This document shows, one piece after another, positions 1 to 9,676 of a DNA stretch of 16,000 nt; within the stretch, counting starts at the first letter, position 1; each line of letters starts with the position of its first letter. The notes beneath the pieces are model-generated. The model was not told where the DNA came from and did no database searches. It saw only the letters and a program-made list of their open reading frames with translations. Source of the DNA: Marinobacterium sp. (GTDB taxonomy: Bacteria; Pseudomonadota; Gammaproteobacteria; Pseudomonadales; Balneatricaceae); the NCBI GenBank assembly GCA_025800125.1, contig JAOXSF010000105.1, forward strand, positions 12,571-28,570. The letters are read 5' to 3'. The translations under genes were made by a program, and so were the position numbers.

Positions 1-246
1 CAACTGGTGCTGGAACTGGCAGATCGTGAAGGTATTCAGTATCAGGAGATTGATCTGGACTACGAGCAGTTACTGGCTGCGGATGAGGTCTGGATTTCCA
101 GCTCGACCCGGGCCGTGGTGCCGGTGATCGAAGTGGATGGCGAACGGATTGGTACAGGTCAGCCGGGCCCACTCTGGCGCCGTATGTACCAGCTTTTTAT
201 TGAGTTTCACCACGCATTGATGACAGGTCAGAGTAAAGATGTCTGA
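1..246 (+). CDS. Class IV (D-amino-acid transaminase-like) aminotransferase, C-terminal ~81 codons; 5' end lies outside the window
   Basis: Frame 1 is open from nt 1; the track's start at 7 is an internal GTG. The translation ...EVWISSSTRAVVPVIEVDGERIGTGQPGPLW... looks like the C-terminal domain of fold-type IV PLP aminotransferases. Its position directly upstream of ybeD-lipB fits a common gammaproteobacterial neighbourhood. The stop TGA at 244-246 overlaps the next start (ATGTCTGA). Confidence 0.65.
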   Translation, partial: QLVLELADREGIQYQEIDLDYEQLLAADEVWISSSTRAVVPVIEVDGERIGTGQPGPLWRRMYQLFIEFHHALMTGQSKDV

Positions 247-514
247 ACAACAAGACGCACCAAAAATTGAATTTCCATGCCCTGATTATATGATCAAGAT
301 TATCGGTAAGAACGATATAGGCTTCCGTGGTTTTGTGATTGAAACCGTTCAGCAGCATGCACCGGATCTGGAACTGAGCAAAGTTAAAGCTGCTGATAGT
401 AGTAAAGGAACATTCCAGTCGGTGACGGTTTACATTACCGCAACGGGTGAAGAACAGCTCAAAGCGCTGCATCAGGATCTGATGGCGTCCGGTCGTGTAC
501 GGATGGTGATCTGA
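239..514 (+). CDS. ybeD: YbeD-family small protein (DUF493/UPF0250)
   Basis: 91 aa. The N-terminal motif KIEFPCPDYMIKIIG is typical of YbeD. It lies immediately upstream of lipB as in E. coli and Pseudomonas. It overlaps the upstream stop by 8 nt and shares 1 nt with the lipB start (TGATG), suggesting translational coupling. Confidence 0.85.
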   Translation: MSEQQDAPKIEFPCPDYMIKIIGKNDIGFRGFVIETVQQHAPDLELSKVKAADSSKGTFQSVTVYITATGEEQLKALHQDLMASGRVRMVI

Positions 515-1182
515 TGGCGCTGATAGAACAACCGCTGACGGAGAAACTGATTGTCCGCCAGCTTGGTCTTCAGCCCTATCTCGCTACCTGGCAACGGATG
601 CAGGACTTTACTGCGGAACGCAATGAGCAGACGGTGGATGAAATCTGGCAGCTGGAGCACGAACCGGTATTTACCCAGGGCTATGCCGGTAAGTCGGAGC
701 ATCTGATTGCAACCGGTGATATTCCAGTTGTTGAGGTTGATCGTGGTGGTCAGGTGACCTACCACGGCCCAGGGCAGTCAGTGGTTTACCTGTTGCTGGA
801 TATTCGTCGTCGTAAGCTGGGCCCCAAACACGTAGTGGCGCAGATGGAACAGAGTGTTATTGATCTGCTGGCTGACTATGGCATTGAAGCGTTTGCCCGG
901 CCTGATGCTCCTGGTGTGTATGTAGGTGATGCTAAAATTGCTTCGCTGGGGTTACGGGTCAAACATGGCCGTACATTCCATGGGTTGGCCTGCAATATCA
1001 ATATGGACATGGCACCGTTTCTTCGTATCAATCCTTGTGGTTATGCTGGCATGGCGATGACCCAGCTGGCAGAACTGGTTCCAGAGCTGGATACTGCGCG
1101 GGCTCATCAACGACTGGTGAAGCATCTGACTGACCGGCTGGGTTATACCGACATTGAACAGCGTACCGAGCTGGACGCCTGA
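514..1182 (+). CDS. lipB: Octanoyltransferase (lipoyl(octanoyl) transferase) LipB
   Basis: 222 aa. It has the LipB signature RGGQVTYHGPGQ plus the downstream KIASLGLRV and PCG motifs, and conserved ybeD-lipB synteny. Confidence 0.92.
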   Translation: MALIEQPLTEKLIVRQLGLQPYLATWQRMQDFTAERNEQTVDEIWQLEHEPVFTQGYAGKSEHLIATGDIPVVEVDRGGQVTYHGPGQSVVYLLLDIRRRKLGPKHVVAQMEQSVIDLLADYGIEAFARPDAPGVYVGDAKIASLGLRVKHGRTFHGLACNINMDMAPFLRINPCGYAGMAMTQLAELVPELDTARAHQRLVKHLTDRLGYTDIEQRTELDA

Positions 1183-1189
1183 GTCTTAT

Positions 1190-1220
1190 CAGGGTGTGGT
1201 GCTACACCCTGTTCATTCAT
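1190..1220 (+). terminator. Rho-independent terminator candidate after lipB
   Basis: Perfect 8-bp stem CAGGGTGT (1190-1197) / ACACCCTG (1204-1211) with the 6-nt loop GGTGCT, followed by T-rich TTCATTCAT. It starts 8 nt after the lipB stop. Confidence 0.6.
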
Positions 1221-1297
1221 GAAATTTCATAAAATTGATATTGCTAATATATTGCCAGCTCTTTAAATTAGCGCGTTCTGATTTAAGGAGTGACGAT

Positions 1298-1735
1298 ATG
1301 AGCAATCTCAAGACCATTTCCGTAACTGCATCCATGGGTACTGGCGCTATGATCATGGCTGATATTCGTGGCCATAAGGTTGTTATTGATCAGCCGCATG
1401 CCGCAGGTGGTACTGATGAAGGGCCGACACCACTGGAATATTTCCTGTTCTCACTGGCAGGCTGTATCGAGTCGATTGCCCGCATAGCAGCTAATCAGCG
1501 TAAGCTGGAGCTGCGTGGTATGGAAGTGTCTGTAGAGGCGCGCCTGAACCCGATGGGGTTGCTGGGCAAGGAAACTGATGACCGTGTAGGCTTCCAGGAT
1601 ATTGACGTCAAGGCCACTATTGATGCAGATATGACCGATGAAGAGAAGAATGCTTTTCTGGATGAGGTCTGTGATCGTTGCCCTCTGCATGACAATATTC
1701 GCCTCAACACCCTGGTAACACACGCCATGGCCTGA
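1298..1735 (+). CDS. OsmC/Ohr-family (peroxiredoxin-like) protein
   Basis: The preferred start is ATG 1298 (MSNLKTISV...), preceded by AAGGAG at 1285-1290; the track's 1235 start lacks an RBS. PTPLEYFLFSLAGCIESIA and a C-terminal CDRCPLH give the two-cysteine OsmC-fold pattern. Confidence 0.8.
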   Translation: MSNLKTISVTASMGTGAMIMADIRGHKVVIDQPHAAGGTDEGPTPLEYFLFSLAGCIESIARIAANQRKLELRGMEVSVEARLNPMGLLGKETDDRVGFQDIDVKATIDADMTDEEKNAFLDEVCDRCPLHDNIRLNTLVTHAMA

Positions 1736-1761
1736 TTGGCTTTCAGCATGTAATCGTCAGG

Positions 1762-1797
1762 ATAGCGGCCAGCTTTATGCTTGCCGCTATAGTTTAT
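1762..1797 (+). terminator. Hairpin between convergent genes; terminator candidate for the OsmC-family gene
   Basis: ATAGCGGC (1762-1769) pairs with GCCGCTAT (1783-1790), with an inner AGC/GCT extension, followed by AGTTTAT. The T-run is weak. There is no U-tract in the minus direction, so a bidirectional role is unproven. Confidence 0.4.
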
Positions 1798-1838
1798 ACG
1801 TCTGTAGTGCAGGCGTTCTGATCGTACTCAACCATGTG

Positions 1839-2255
1839 TTAGCGGGAATTATCTGCCGAGGTTTGTAGTTGTACTACATAGTCTGCAATACGATCCAGCT
1901 GAGCGGGCCGGACGTCAAGAAATGTCGGCATATTTCGGTGGCGTTCCCTGTCACCAAACTGCATCAGTACAATCAGCTGGTGGTGCTCAAGTGGTGGACG
2001 GCTGGGATCACGATTGTTTAGTAGCTCGCCTGGTCCACGTATCTTGTGACAGTGGCGGCAGTAATAGTTATAAAGCTCGCTTCCACGTGTCATTTGCTCG
2101 GGGGTTCTGACAGCCAGATTGCTTTCTTCACTGTTACAACCACTCAGCAGACCCACCAGTACACAGGTCATGACCATATAAAGTGTGTGGTTGATGCTGG
2201 GTAAGGTTATCCTGGATGCAGCAGAGCCATTCAAGGCTTTTGATCTGAGCTGCAT
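1839..2255 (-). CDS. Small mono-haem c-type cytochrome, probable lipoprotein
   Basis: It has a CXXCH haem-binding site (YYCRHCHK), a downstream NMPTF that could supply the axial Met, and a lipobox-like LLSGC after a hydrophobic segment. GGAG lies about 7-9 nt upstream of ATG 2255. Internal Met starts at codons 27/29 cannot be excluded. Confidence 0.7.
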   Translation of the reverse strand: MQLRSKALNGSAASRITLPSINHTLYMVMTCVLVGLLSGCNSEESNLAVRTPEQMTRGSELYNYYCRHCHKIRGPGELLNNRDPSRPPLEHHQLIVLMQFGDRERHRNMPTFLDVRPAQLDRIADYVVQLQTSADNSR

Positions 2256-2523
2256 AACGGTTCTCCATCTATTATCGGCTGCTGCAGTGCATCATCCAGT
2301 GAGCAGCTGGGCAGAGATCTTCGCGTGGAAAGTCCGTTTCACGTTTTGGTAGACAATCTTGTTCAGACTGCCATGGCTGGTGGCCTTTGTCAGGTAATGG
2401 TTATTTGGTAATCGAAGGAACCACCTGCATTTCTTTAGCGCTGTTTTGTATCGCTATTTTGCGTACTGTTACTTGGCGATATTAATATGTTGCGTTTCTT
2501 CGCCTGATTATGCCTTGCAGGGT

Positions 2524-3561
2524 TCAGTTATGGTGATGAAAAGTGTGTAACGCGACAGGCCTGCCTGCCAGACTGAGGCTGATCATCGACAGCTCCAGCC
2601 AGCTATTGCCCTGTCGTGCCCCCTTTATCATCTGGTCGACTGAGAAGCACTGTTTTAGCAGATCCATAAGTATACTTTGTGGAATACGATTCGCAGCCTG
2701 GCGTACCAGCTGCTTTCGTTTACCCCAGATACGCTCGCGCTGGCAGAGGGTATCGTATGCTATACCGGCGTCCAGTCCCTGCTGAATAGCCAGCAGGCTG
2801 CGTATCTCCCGGCTCAGTGCCCAGAGTATAACCGACGGTTGCGTGCCTTCCTGGCGCAGCACCTGCAGAATTTTCTGAGTGCGAGCTGCCTGGCCCTGAA
2901 TCGCGGCATCACTCAGACCATAAATATCATAACGGGAGCTATCAGAAACTGCATTAATCACAATATCTGCGGTCAGCTTCTGGCCAGGGTAGAGCAGGCT
3001 GAGTTTATCCAGTTCCTGTCTGGCGGCCAGCAAATTACCTTCAACACGGTCGCAGAGCAGGCCGATTGCTTCGCGGTCCAGTGTCAGGCCCAGGCTTGCG
3101 GCGCGCGTTTGCAGCCATTTAGGGAGCTGCACTGCATCGATGGGCCATATTTCAACCACCACACCGGTTTTTTCTACCGCTTTGAACCAGGCGCTCTTTT
3201 TTGTGCCGCCATCCAGCTTGTCGGCCAGCATCAGAATGACATTATCCGGAGCTGGGTTGGCCAGATACTGCTGTAGTAACTGACTGGCATTCTTATTCAG
3301 CTTCTGGCTACCCAGTCGTAGCTCGATAACCTTTTTCTCTGCAAACAGTGATAGAGCGTTGGCACACTCCAGCAGGTACTCCCAGTTAAAACTGGCGTCA
3401 ACGTGCATCACTTCACGTTCACTGAAGCCCTGCTGCTGAAACCGGGCACGGACAAAATCGCTACTCTCGTCCGAAAGCAGCGGTTCATCACCGGTAATCA
3501 GATAGATCGGGGCCAGCCCTTTGCTCAGCTGATTTTCCAGCTGGTCAGGTCTGATCTTCAT
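2524..3561 (-). CDS. holA: DNA polymerase III delta subunit
   Basis: 345 aa. The N-terminus MKIRPDQL...LAPIYLITGDEPLL is typical of HolA. The start overlaps the lptE stop by 4 nt (ATGA). It follows the conserved leuS-lptE-holA order. Confidence 0.9.
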   Translation of the reverse strand: MKIRPDQLENQLSKGLAPIYLITGDEPLLSDESSDFVRARFQQQGFSEREVMHVDASFNWEYLLECANALSLFAEKKVIELRLGSQKLNKNASQLLQQYLANPAPDNVILMLADKLDGGTKKSAWFKAVEKTGVVVEIWPIDAVQLPKWLQTRAASLGLTLDREAIGLLCDRVEGNLLAARQELDKLSLLYPGQKLTADIVINAVSDSSRYDIYGLSDAAIQGQAARTQKILQVLRQEGTQPSVILWALSREIRSLLAIQQGLDAGIAYDTLCQRERIWGKRKQLVRQAANRIPQSILMDLLKQCFSVDQMIKGARQGNSWLELSMISLSLAGRPVALHTFHHHN

Positions 3562-4055
3562 GGTGTGGCAGGGATACGCAGATAACGGGTAACAATCTGA
3601 CGAGCCAGATCATCACTCATCTCCTGGCGTAGCAGCTGTTCCTGCTCATCGGCAGCGGTTTCAGCGTTGGCATCATAGGTGTAGACACGCTCTGTGCGCA
3701 GACGCTGGCTATTCAGCACCGGCTTGCCACTGGCGTCGGTTACCAGAAATTCCACTGTCAGGCCCAATTCGTACTCGTCTACCCGTGCCCGGCGATCCAG
3801 TGTCACGGTGCGGCGATCCTCTGTCACCCGTTGCAGTACCAGACGCCATGGAGCCTCAGCACTGATTTGTAGCTGGTTCTGGCGCAGGGTTTCAATCATG
3901 CTGCCCAACAAGCGAGGGTTGTTCTGGGTCTGCACCAGCGTCAGCTGGCGCAGGTGCTCTGGGACATCCAGCTGGCCACGCAGCTGAAAACCGCAGCCGG
4001 CGATTGCTGTACTCAGCAGCACGGCGGCTGCGGTAATCAGTGTTCTGCGTAGCAT
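3558..4055 (-). CDS. lptE: LPS-assembly lipoprotein LptE (RlpB)
   Basis: 165 aa. The signal peptide ends in lipobox IAGC, followed by GFQLRG, the conserved LptE N-terminus. It sits between leuS and holA. Confidence 0.88.
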   Translation of the reverse strand: MLRRTLITAAAVLLSTAIAGCGFQLRGQLDVPEHLRQLTLVQTQNNPRLLGSMIETLRQNQLQISAEAPWRLVLQRVTEDRRTVTLDRRARVDEYELGLTVEFLVTDASGKPVLNSQRLRTERVYTYDANAETAADEQEQLLRQEMSDDLARQIVTRYLRIPATP

Positions 4056-4073
4056 TCTGTCTGTCTCTGTTAC

Positions 4074-6764
<2,691 letters not shown>

Positions 6765-6899
6765 TCATCATCTGAATCCTGCTTTACCTGATGCCGGTTA
6801 AGGAATAAAAAGATGCTGCATAGCATACAATAGAAGCGTCACTCTCGACAGCACTGAGCCATTCCGAGTGCTGCGTGGTAAAGGCCAGAGGAGGTTGTT

Positions 6900-7433
6900 A
6901 TGGCACAACAGAATAAACCGGGCGGAAAAGGCTTTGTAGCCGCCTATGATCGAGTAATGAAACGGCTGGAAGCCCGTCTGGCCGATGCCGAAATAAAGAG
7001 CTGGGAGTTCCTGCAGGAGCAGATAGAAGAAGCGGTCAACGTCGAACAGACCGCCGAGCAGATGACCCGTGATGAACTGGACTTGCTGGGCGCTTACGTT
7101 AAACGTGATGTAAGAGCCCTGGGCCACTACAGTCACCTGGCTGGTGAGGGGATGGCGGCATTTTTGAAGTTTGACCTTAACTACCTGGAAAACCAGGTGA
7201 AAGAGAGCCTGTTGTCATTGGCTGATCGCACCCGCGTTGATCAGGAGCTGCTGCGTGAACAGCTGGATCATGATGCTGAACAGTATATCGCCGGTGAGCT
7301 GGCCACTGTGGGCACGCTGGAGTGCCTGGAATGTGGCATGCCGCACCGTTTGCTGTCGACAGTGGTGATTGAGCCTTGCCAGAAATGCGGAGGGAATTAC
7401 TTCCGCCGGGTGTCAGAGCCTGTACCGTCCTGA
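6900..7433 (+). CDS. ybeL: YbeL-like zinc-ribbon protein (DUF1451 family)
   Basis: 177 aa. The architecture matches E. coli YbeL: MTRDELDLLGAYVKRDV resembles LTRTEVDELTRAVRRDL, and the C-terminal ribbon is CLECG...CQKCGGNYFRRVSEP. It is divergent from leuS as in E. coli. A strong GAGGAGG lies 5 nt upstream of the ATG. Confidence 0.8.
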   Translation: MAQQNKPGGKGFVAAYDRVMKRLEARLADAEIKSWEFLQEQIEEAVNVEQTAEQMTRDELDLLGAYVKRDVRALGHYSHLAGEGMAAFLKFDLNYLENQVKESLLSLADRTRVDQELLREQLDHDAEQYIAGELATVGTLECLECGMPHRLLSTVVIEPCQKCGGNYFRRVSEPVPS

Positions 7434-7595
7434 TAACAGTCTGATGTTGATCGCTATCTGATATTATCAGTTCGTTTTTGGTCTGCTCGCTCCCGCATGT
7501 GTTATGGGAATGGGCAGAATCGCCTTTCCAGGCTGCCTGCCTGTGGTACTGACACGCTGCTACAGGTTTACCCTGCCCGCTATCGACGGTGATTC

Positions 7596-7604
7596 TGGTA
7601 TAAT
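7596..7604 (+). promoter_or_regulatory. Extended -10 promoter candidate (TGgTATAAT) for the cytochrome b562-like gene
   Basis: TG at 7596-7597 and consensus TATAAT at 7599-7604, about 45 nt upstream of ATG 7649. There is no good -35, which is consistent with extended -10 type promoters. Confidence 0.45.
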
Positions 7605-7648
7605 GTCGTCATACGACTCCACTGTTCTGAAACAGGTTACCTCTGTAT

Positions 7649-8068
7649 ATGAAACTCCCGGTTAACACTTCATTTTTCAGTTCTTTTCTGTTGGCAGCTC
7701 TATTAACCACGTCAAGCTATGTCTGTGCAGGTGAGCCTGTAAACCTGAAAAAGACGATGAAAGAGATGCAGTTGCAGTACAAAAAGGCGATTGATGCTTC
7801 ATCAGCTGAAGCTTTTAATAGCCATATGGCAATCTTTAAAACATACCTGCATAATGCGCAGGGGTATGACTTTTCGCCGGAGCGAAAAAATGTTTCGCTT
7901 GAAGGCCTGAGTAAAGTAGAGCGTTATATTGCTGATATTCCTGCAGCGACCGCCGCTAACCTGGATAAGGTTAAACAGCAGTTCGCACATATTGGAGAAT
8001 TACGTAAGGAATATCATAAAAAGTCAAAGCCTGGCATCTGGGATCTTTTGCTGAGTGTTTTAAAATAA
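7649..8068 (+). CDS. Secreted cytochrome b562-family protein (four-helix-bundle haem protein candidate)
   Basis: 139 aa. It has an N-terminal signal peptide (probable cleavage VCA|GE). The mature N-terminus KKTMKEMQLQYKK resembles the Met7 region of E. coli CybC, and C-terminal ELRKEYHKK resembles CybC TRNAYHQKYR, which carries the axial His. The sequence looks compatible with a helical bundle (judged by eye). This is recalled similarity; no search was run. Confidence 0.5.
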   Translation: MKLPVNTSFFSSFLLAALLTTSSYVCAGEPVNLKKTMKEMQLQYKKAIDASSAEAFNSHMAIFKTYLHNAQGYDFSPERKNVSLEGLSKVERYIADIPAATAANLDKVKQQFAHIGELRKEYHKKSKPGIWDLLLSVLK

Positions 8069-8173
8069 AAATTGAGACTGCTTGTCGCATTCTGGCTACT
8101 GTCATCAGAAAAGTTTGTGCTTGTCAGTGGCCGGAGTCAGGCATGCCATACAACTCTGATAAGGTAATACCTG

Positions 8174-8182
8174 TGGTATAAA
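8174..8182 (+). promoter_or_regulatory. Extended -10-like element (TGgTATAAA) upstream of the 66-aa ORF
   Basis: TG at 8174-8175 and TATAAA at 8177-8182, about 32 nt upstream of ATG 8214. It shares the TGGTATAA...TG..GTCGTC string with the 7596 element. Confidence 0.35.
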
Positions 8183-8213
8183 TGAAGTCGTCTATATAAA
8201 CAGATAAAGCGAT

Positions 8214-8414
8214 ATGAACTATTCAAAAATAAAACTTTTTCTAGGATATTTGATTCTGATAACTGGCTTCGTCCATGCCATGGAATTAATTTTTGGCAAT
8301 CCTCCTGTTGAGGGGACTACATTGTGGATTTTTAAGAAATCAGTTTACGCTATTTGTTCTGGCTTTGTATTCTGGGATTTTGTGTTAAGGCCGTGTTTTA
8401 AAAAAGATATTTAG
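8214..8414 (+). CDS. Hypothetical small membrane protein (66 aa, two predicted hydrophobic helices)
   Basis: ORF only. It has hydrophobic stretches LFLGYLILITGFVHAMELIF and VYAICSGFVFWDFVL. The DNA is very AT-rich: I count 19/60 G+C in 8221-8280. There is no clear Shine-Dalgarno and no family I recognise. Confidence 0.35.
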   Translation: MNYSKIKLFLGYLILITGFVHAMELIFGNPPVEGTTLWIFKKSVYAICSGFVFWDFVLRPCFKKDI

Positions 8415-8609
8415 CAGGCTGAAGATGAAGCGAAATTAATCAGACAGCATCTTGCTGCTGCCGTACACATCCGGTTGAAAAAGTTACATTCCTGCCACTC
8501 CAGAAAGCACCGTTTCTTATTAATACTCACCAATTATGGTAAGTTTTATCAGCCAGAGGGTGACGGGCTGGCATCAATATCAGCAGGATCAGCAGGTTGT
8601 TGGGACAGG

Positions 8610-8634
8610 GCCAGGGAATAACCCCTGGCTTTTT
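8610..8634 (+). terminator. Canonical rho-independent terminator oriented for the + strand
   Basis: GCCAGGG (8610-8616) pairs with CCCTGGC (8623-8629), with loop AATAAC and then TTTTT (8630-8634). On the - strand the stem is preceded by A5 and has no trailing U-run, so it is + oriented even though it abuts the stop of the - strand permease gene. Confidence 0.6.
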
Positions 8635-8639
8635 AGTCA

Positions 8640-9584
8640 TCAGAACCCTGGTGTTCCCTGGTAAATTCCATAGATGTACATCAGTAATGGCAGGGTCAAT
8701 ACACAGAGTACGGTCTGAGTGCTGATAATCAGGCTCATGGATTCATAATCACCGCCCATTGCTTCAGTCATTGCGGTAGCGTTGGCCGAGCAGGGGCTAC
8801 CAGCGTATATCATACACACCAGAATCAGCAGTGGGTCGGCCTCCAGCCAGATCAGCGTGGTGACCACTGCCAGTGGCAGTAGCAGCAGTTTGATACCAGA
8901 ACACAGCAGAATGCCCATCAGGTGGTAGCGGAAAACGCCCAGGTTCAGTGATGCGCCGACGGAAATCAGGCTCAGTGCCAGTGACGCATCACCAATATGT
9001 TCCAGAGTACGGTTCAGCCAGCTGATCTGAGTAATTACTGGAAAAATCTGCGCCAGTTCATTAATAGACAGCCCCAGCAGGCAGGAAAAAACCAGTGGGT
9101 TGGTGAGTGTTGATATGGCCGTTTTCACCAACCCGATCTGATTCTCTGAATAAAAGTTAAGGATAAAAGCACTTATTACATTGGTAGTCAGTACCAGGAA
9201 TGCGGTGATCAGTGCAATAACAGGCATTACATCAGTACTGATATATAGCAGTGTTACCGCGATAAAAACATAACTGTTATAACGCACTGCACCCTGAATA
9301 AAAGCAACCCAGAACCCCTGGTCTTTAAAAAAAGGTTTGCCTATCCATATCACGCTGATGAAAATAAGAACCAGTATAATTAATACTGGAATAAAACTGT
9401 AATCGGTATTACTCAGGTCAGCCGTTCCAATGGAGTACACCATCAGACAGGGAAACATGGCATAATAGATCAGTTTATTGATATTGCTCCAGAATGCTTT
9501 ATCAGTCAGCCAGTAATGACGACATAGAAAGCCCAGTAAGAGCAGGATAATAATCGGTAAGATAGAGGCAACAATTCCGTTCAT
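8640..9584 (-). CDS. AEC-family (auxin efflux carrier / Mem_trans) permease
   Basis: 314 aa and very hydrophobic, with about 10 TM segments. The N-terminus ILPIIILLLLGFLCRHYWLTDKAFWSNINKLIYYAMFPCLMV parallels E. coli YfdV [43 protein letters not shown], and the length is the same. Confidence 0.75.
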   Translation of the reverse strand: MNGIVASILPIIILLLLGFLCRHYWLTDKAFWSNINKLIYYAMFPCLMVYSIGTADLSNTDYSFIPVLIILVLIFISVIWIGKPFFKDQGFWVAFIQGAVRYNSYVFIAVTLLYISTDVMPVIALITAFLVLTTNVISAFILNFYSENQIGLVKTAISTLTNPLVFSCLLGLSINELAQIFPVITQISWLNRTLEHIGDASLALSLISVGASLNLGVFRYHLMGILLCSGIKLLLLPLAVVTTLIWLEADPLLILVCMIYAGSPCSANATAMTEAMGGDYESMSLIISTQTVLCVLTLPLLMYIYGIYQGTPGF

Positions 9585-9600
9585 GCGGGCTGTCCATCTG

Positions 9601-9642
9601 ACACAAAACCGGAATGCCGGTGGTGCAAATGCCGGGCATTCC
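9601..9642 (-). terminator. Intercistronic hairpin + U-run (attenuator or partial terminator candidate) between the dioxygenase and permease genes
   Basis: On the - strand, GGAATGCC (complement of 9635-9642) pairs with GGCATTCC (complement of 9611-9618) across a 16-nt loop, followed by GGTTTTGTGT (complement of 9601-9610). It lies in the 92-nt gap, 17 nt before the permease ATG. Confidence 0.45.
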
Positions 9643-9676
9643 TGGTTTATCGGTTAATGCTGAAAAAATGACTGGA

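Noticed and set aside
1235-1297. Upstream extension of the OsmC-family ORF (start at 1235)
   Set aside because: The extension (MILLIYCQLFKLARSDLRSDD) lies in AT-rich promoter-like DNA with no RBS. ATG 1298 has AAGGAG at the correct distance.
2543-3585. + strand ORFs (80, 199 and 60 aa) antisense to holA
   Set aside because: They are fully embedded in the well-supported holA gene, and their translations are arbitrary with no recognisable motifs.
6798-7136. 112-aa - strand ORF overlapping the 5' end of the ybeL-like gene
   Set aside because: It is antisense to a gene with strong RBS and family support, and has no motifs of its own.
8069-8140. Possible imperfect hairpin (CTGGCTACTGTCA / TGTCAGTGGCCGG) and a TGCTTGTC direct repeat downstream of the b562-like gene as its terminator
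   Set aside because: The stem needs wobble pairs and a mismatch, the loop is about 17 nt and no U-run follows. It is not convincing as a terminator.
8536-8664. 42-codon + strand ORF (MVSFISQRVTGWHQYQQDQQ...) in the 8415-8639 gap
   Set aside because: It has no RBS, reads straight through the terminator hairpin and into the permease gene, and its composition is Gln/Gly-rich and non-protein-like.
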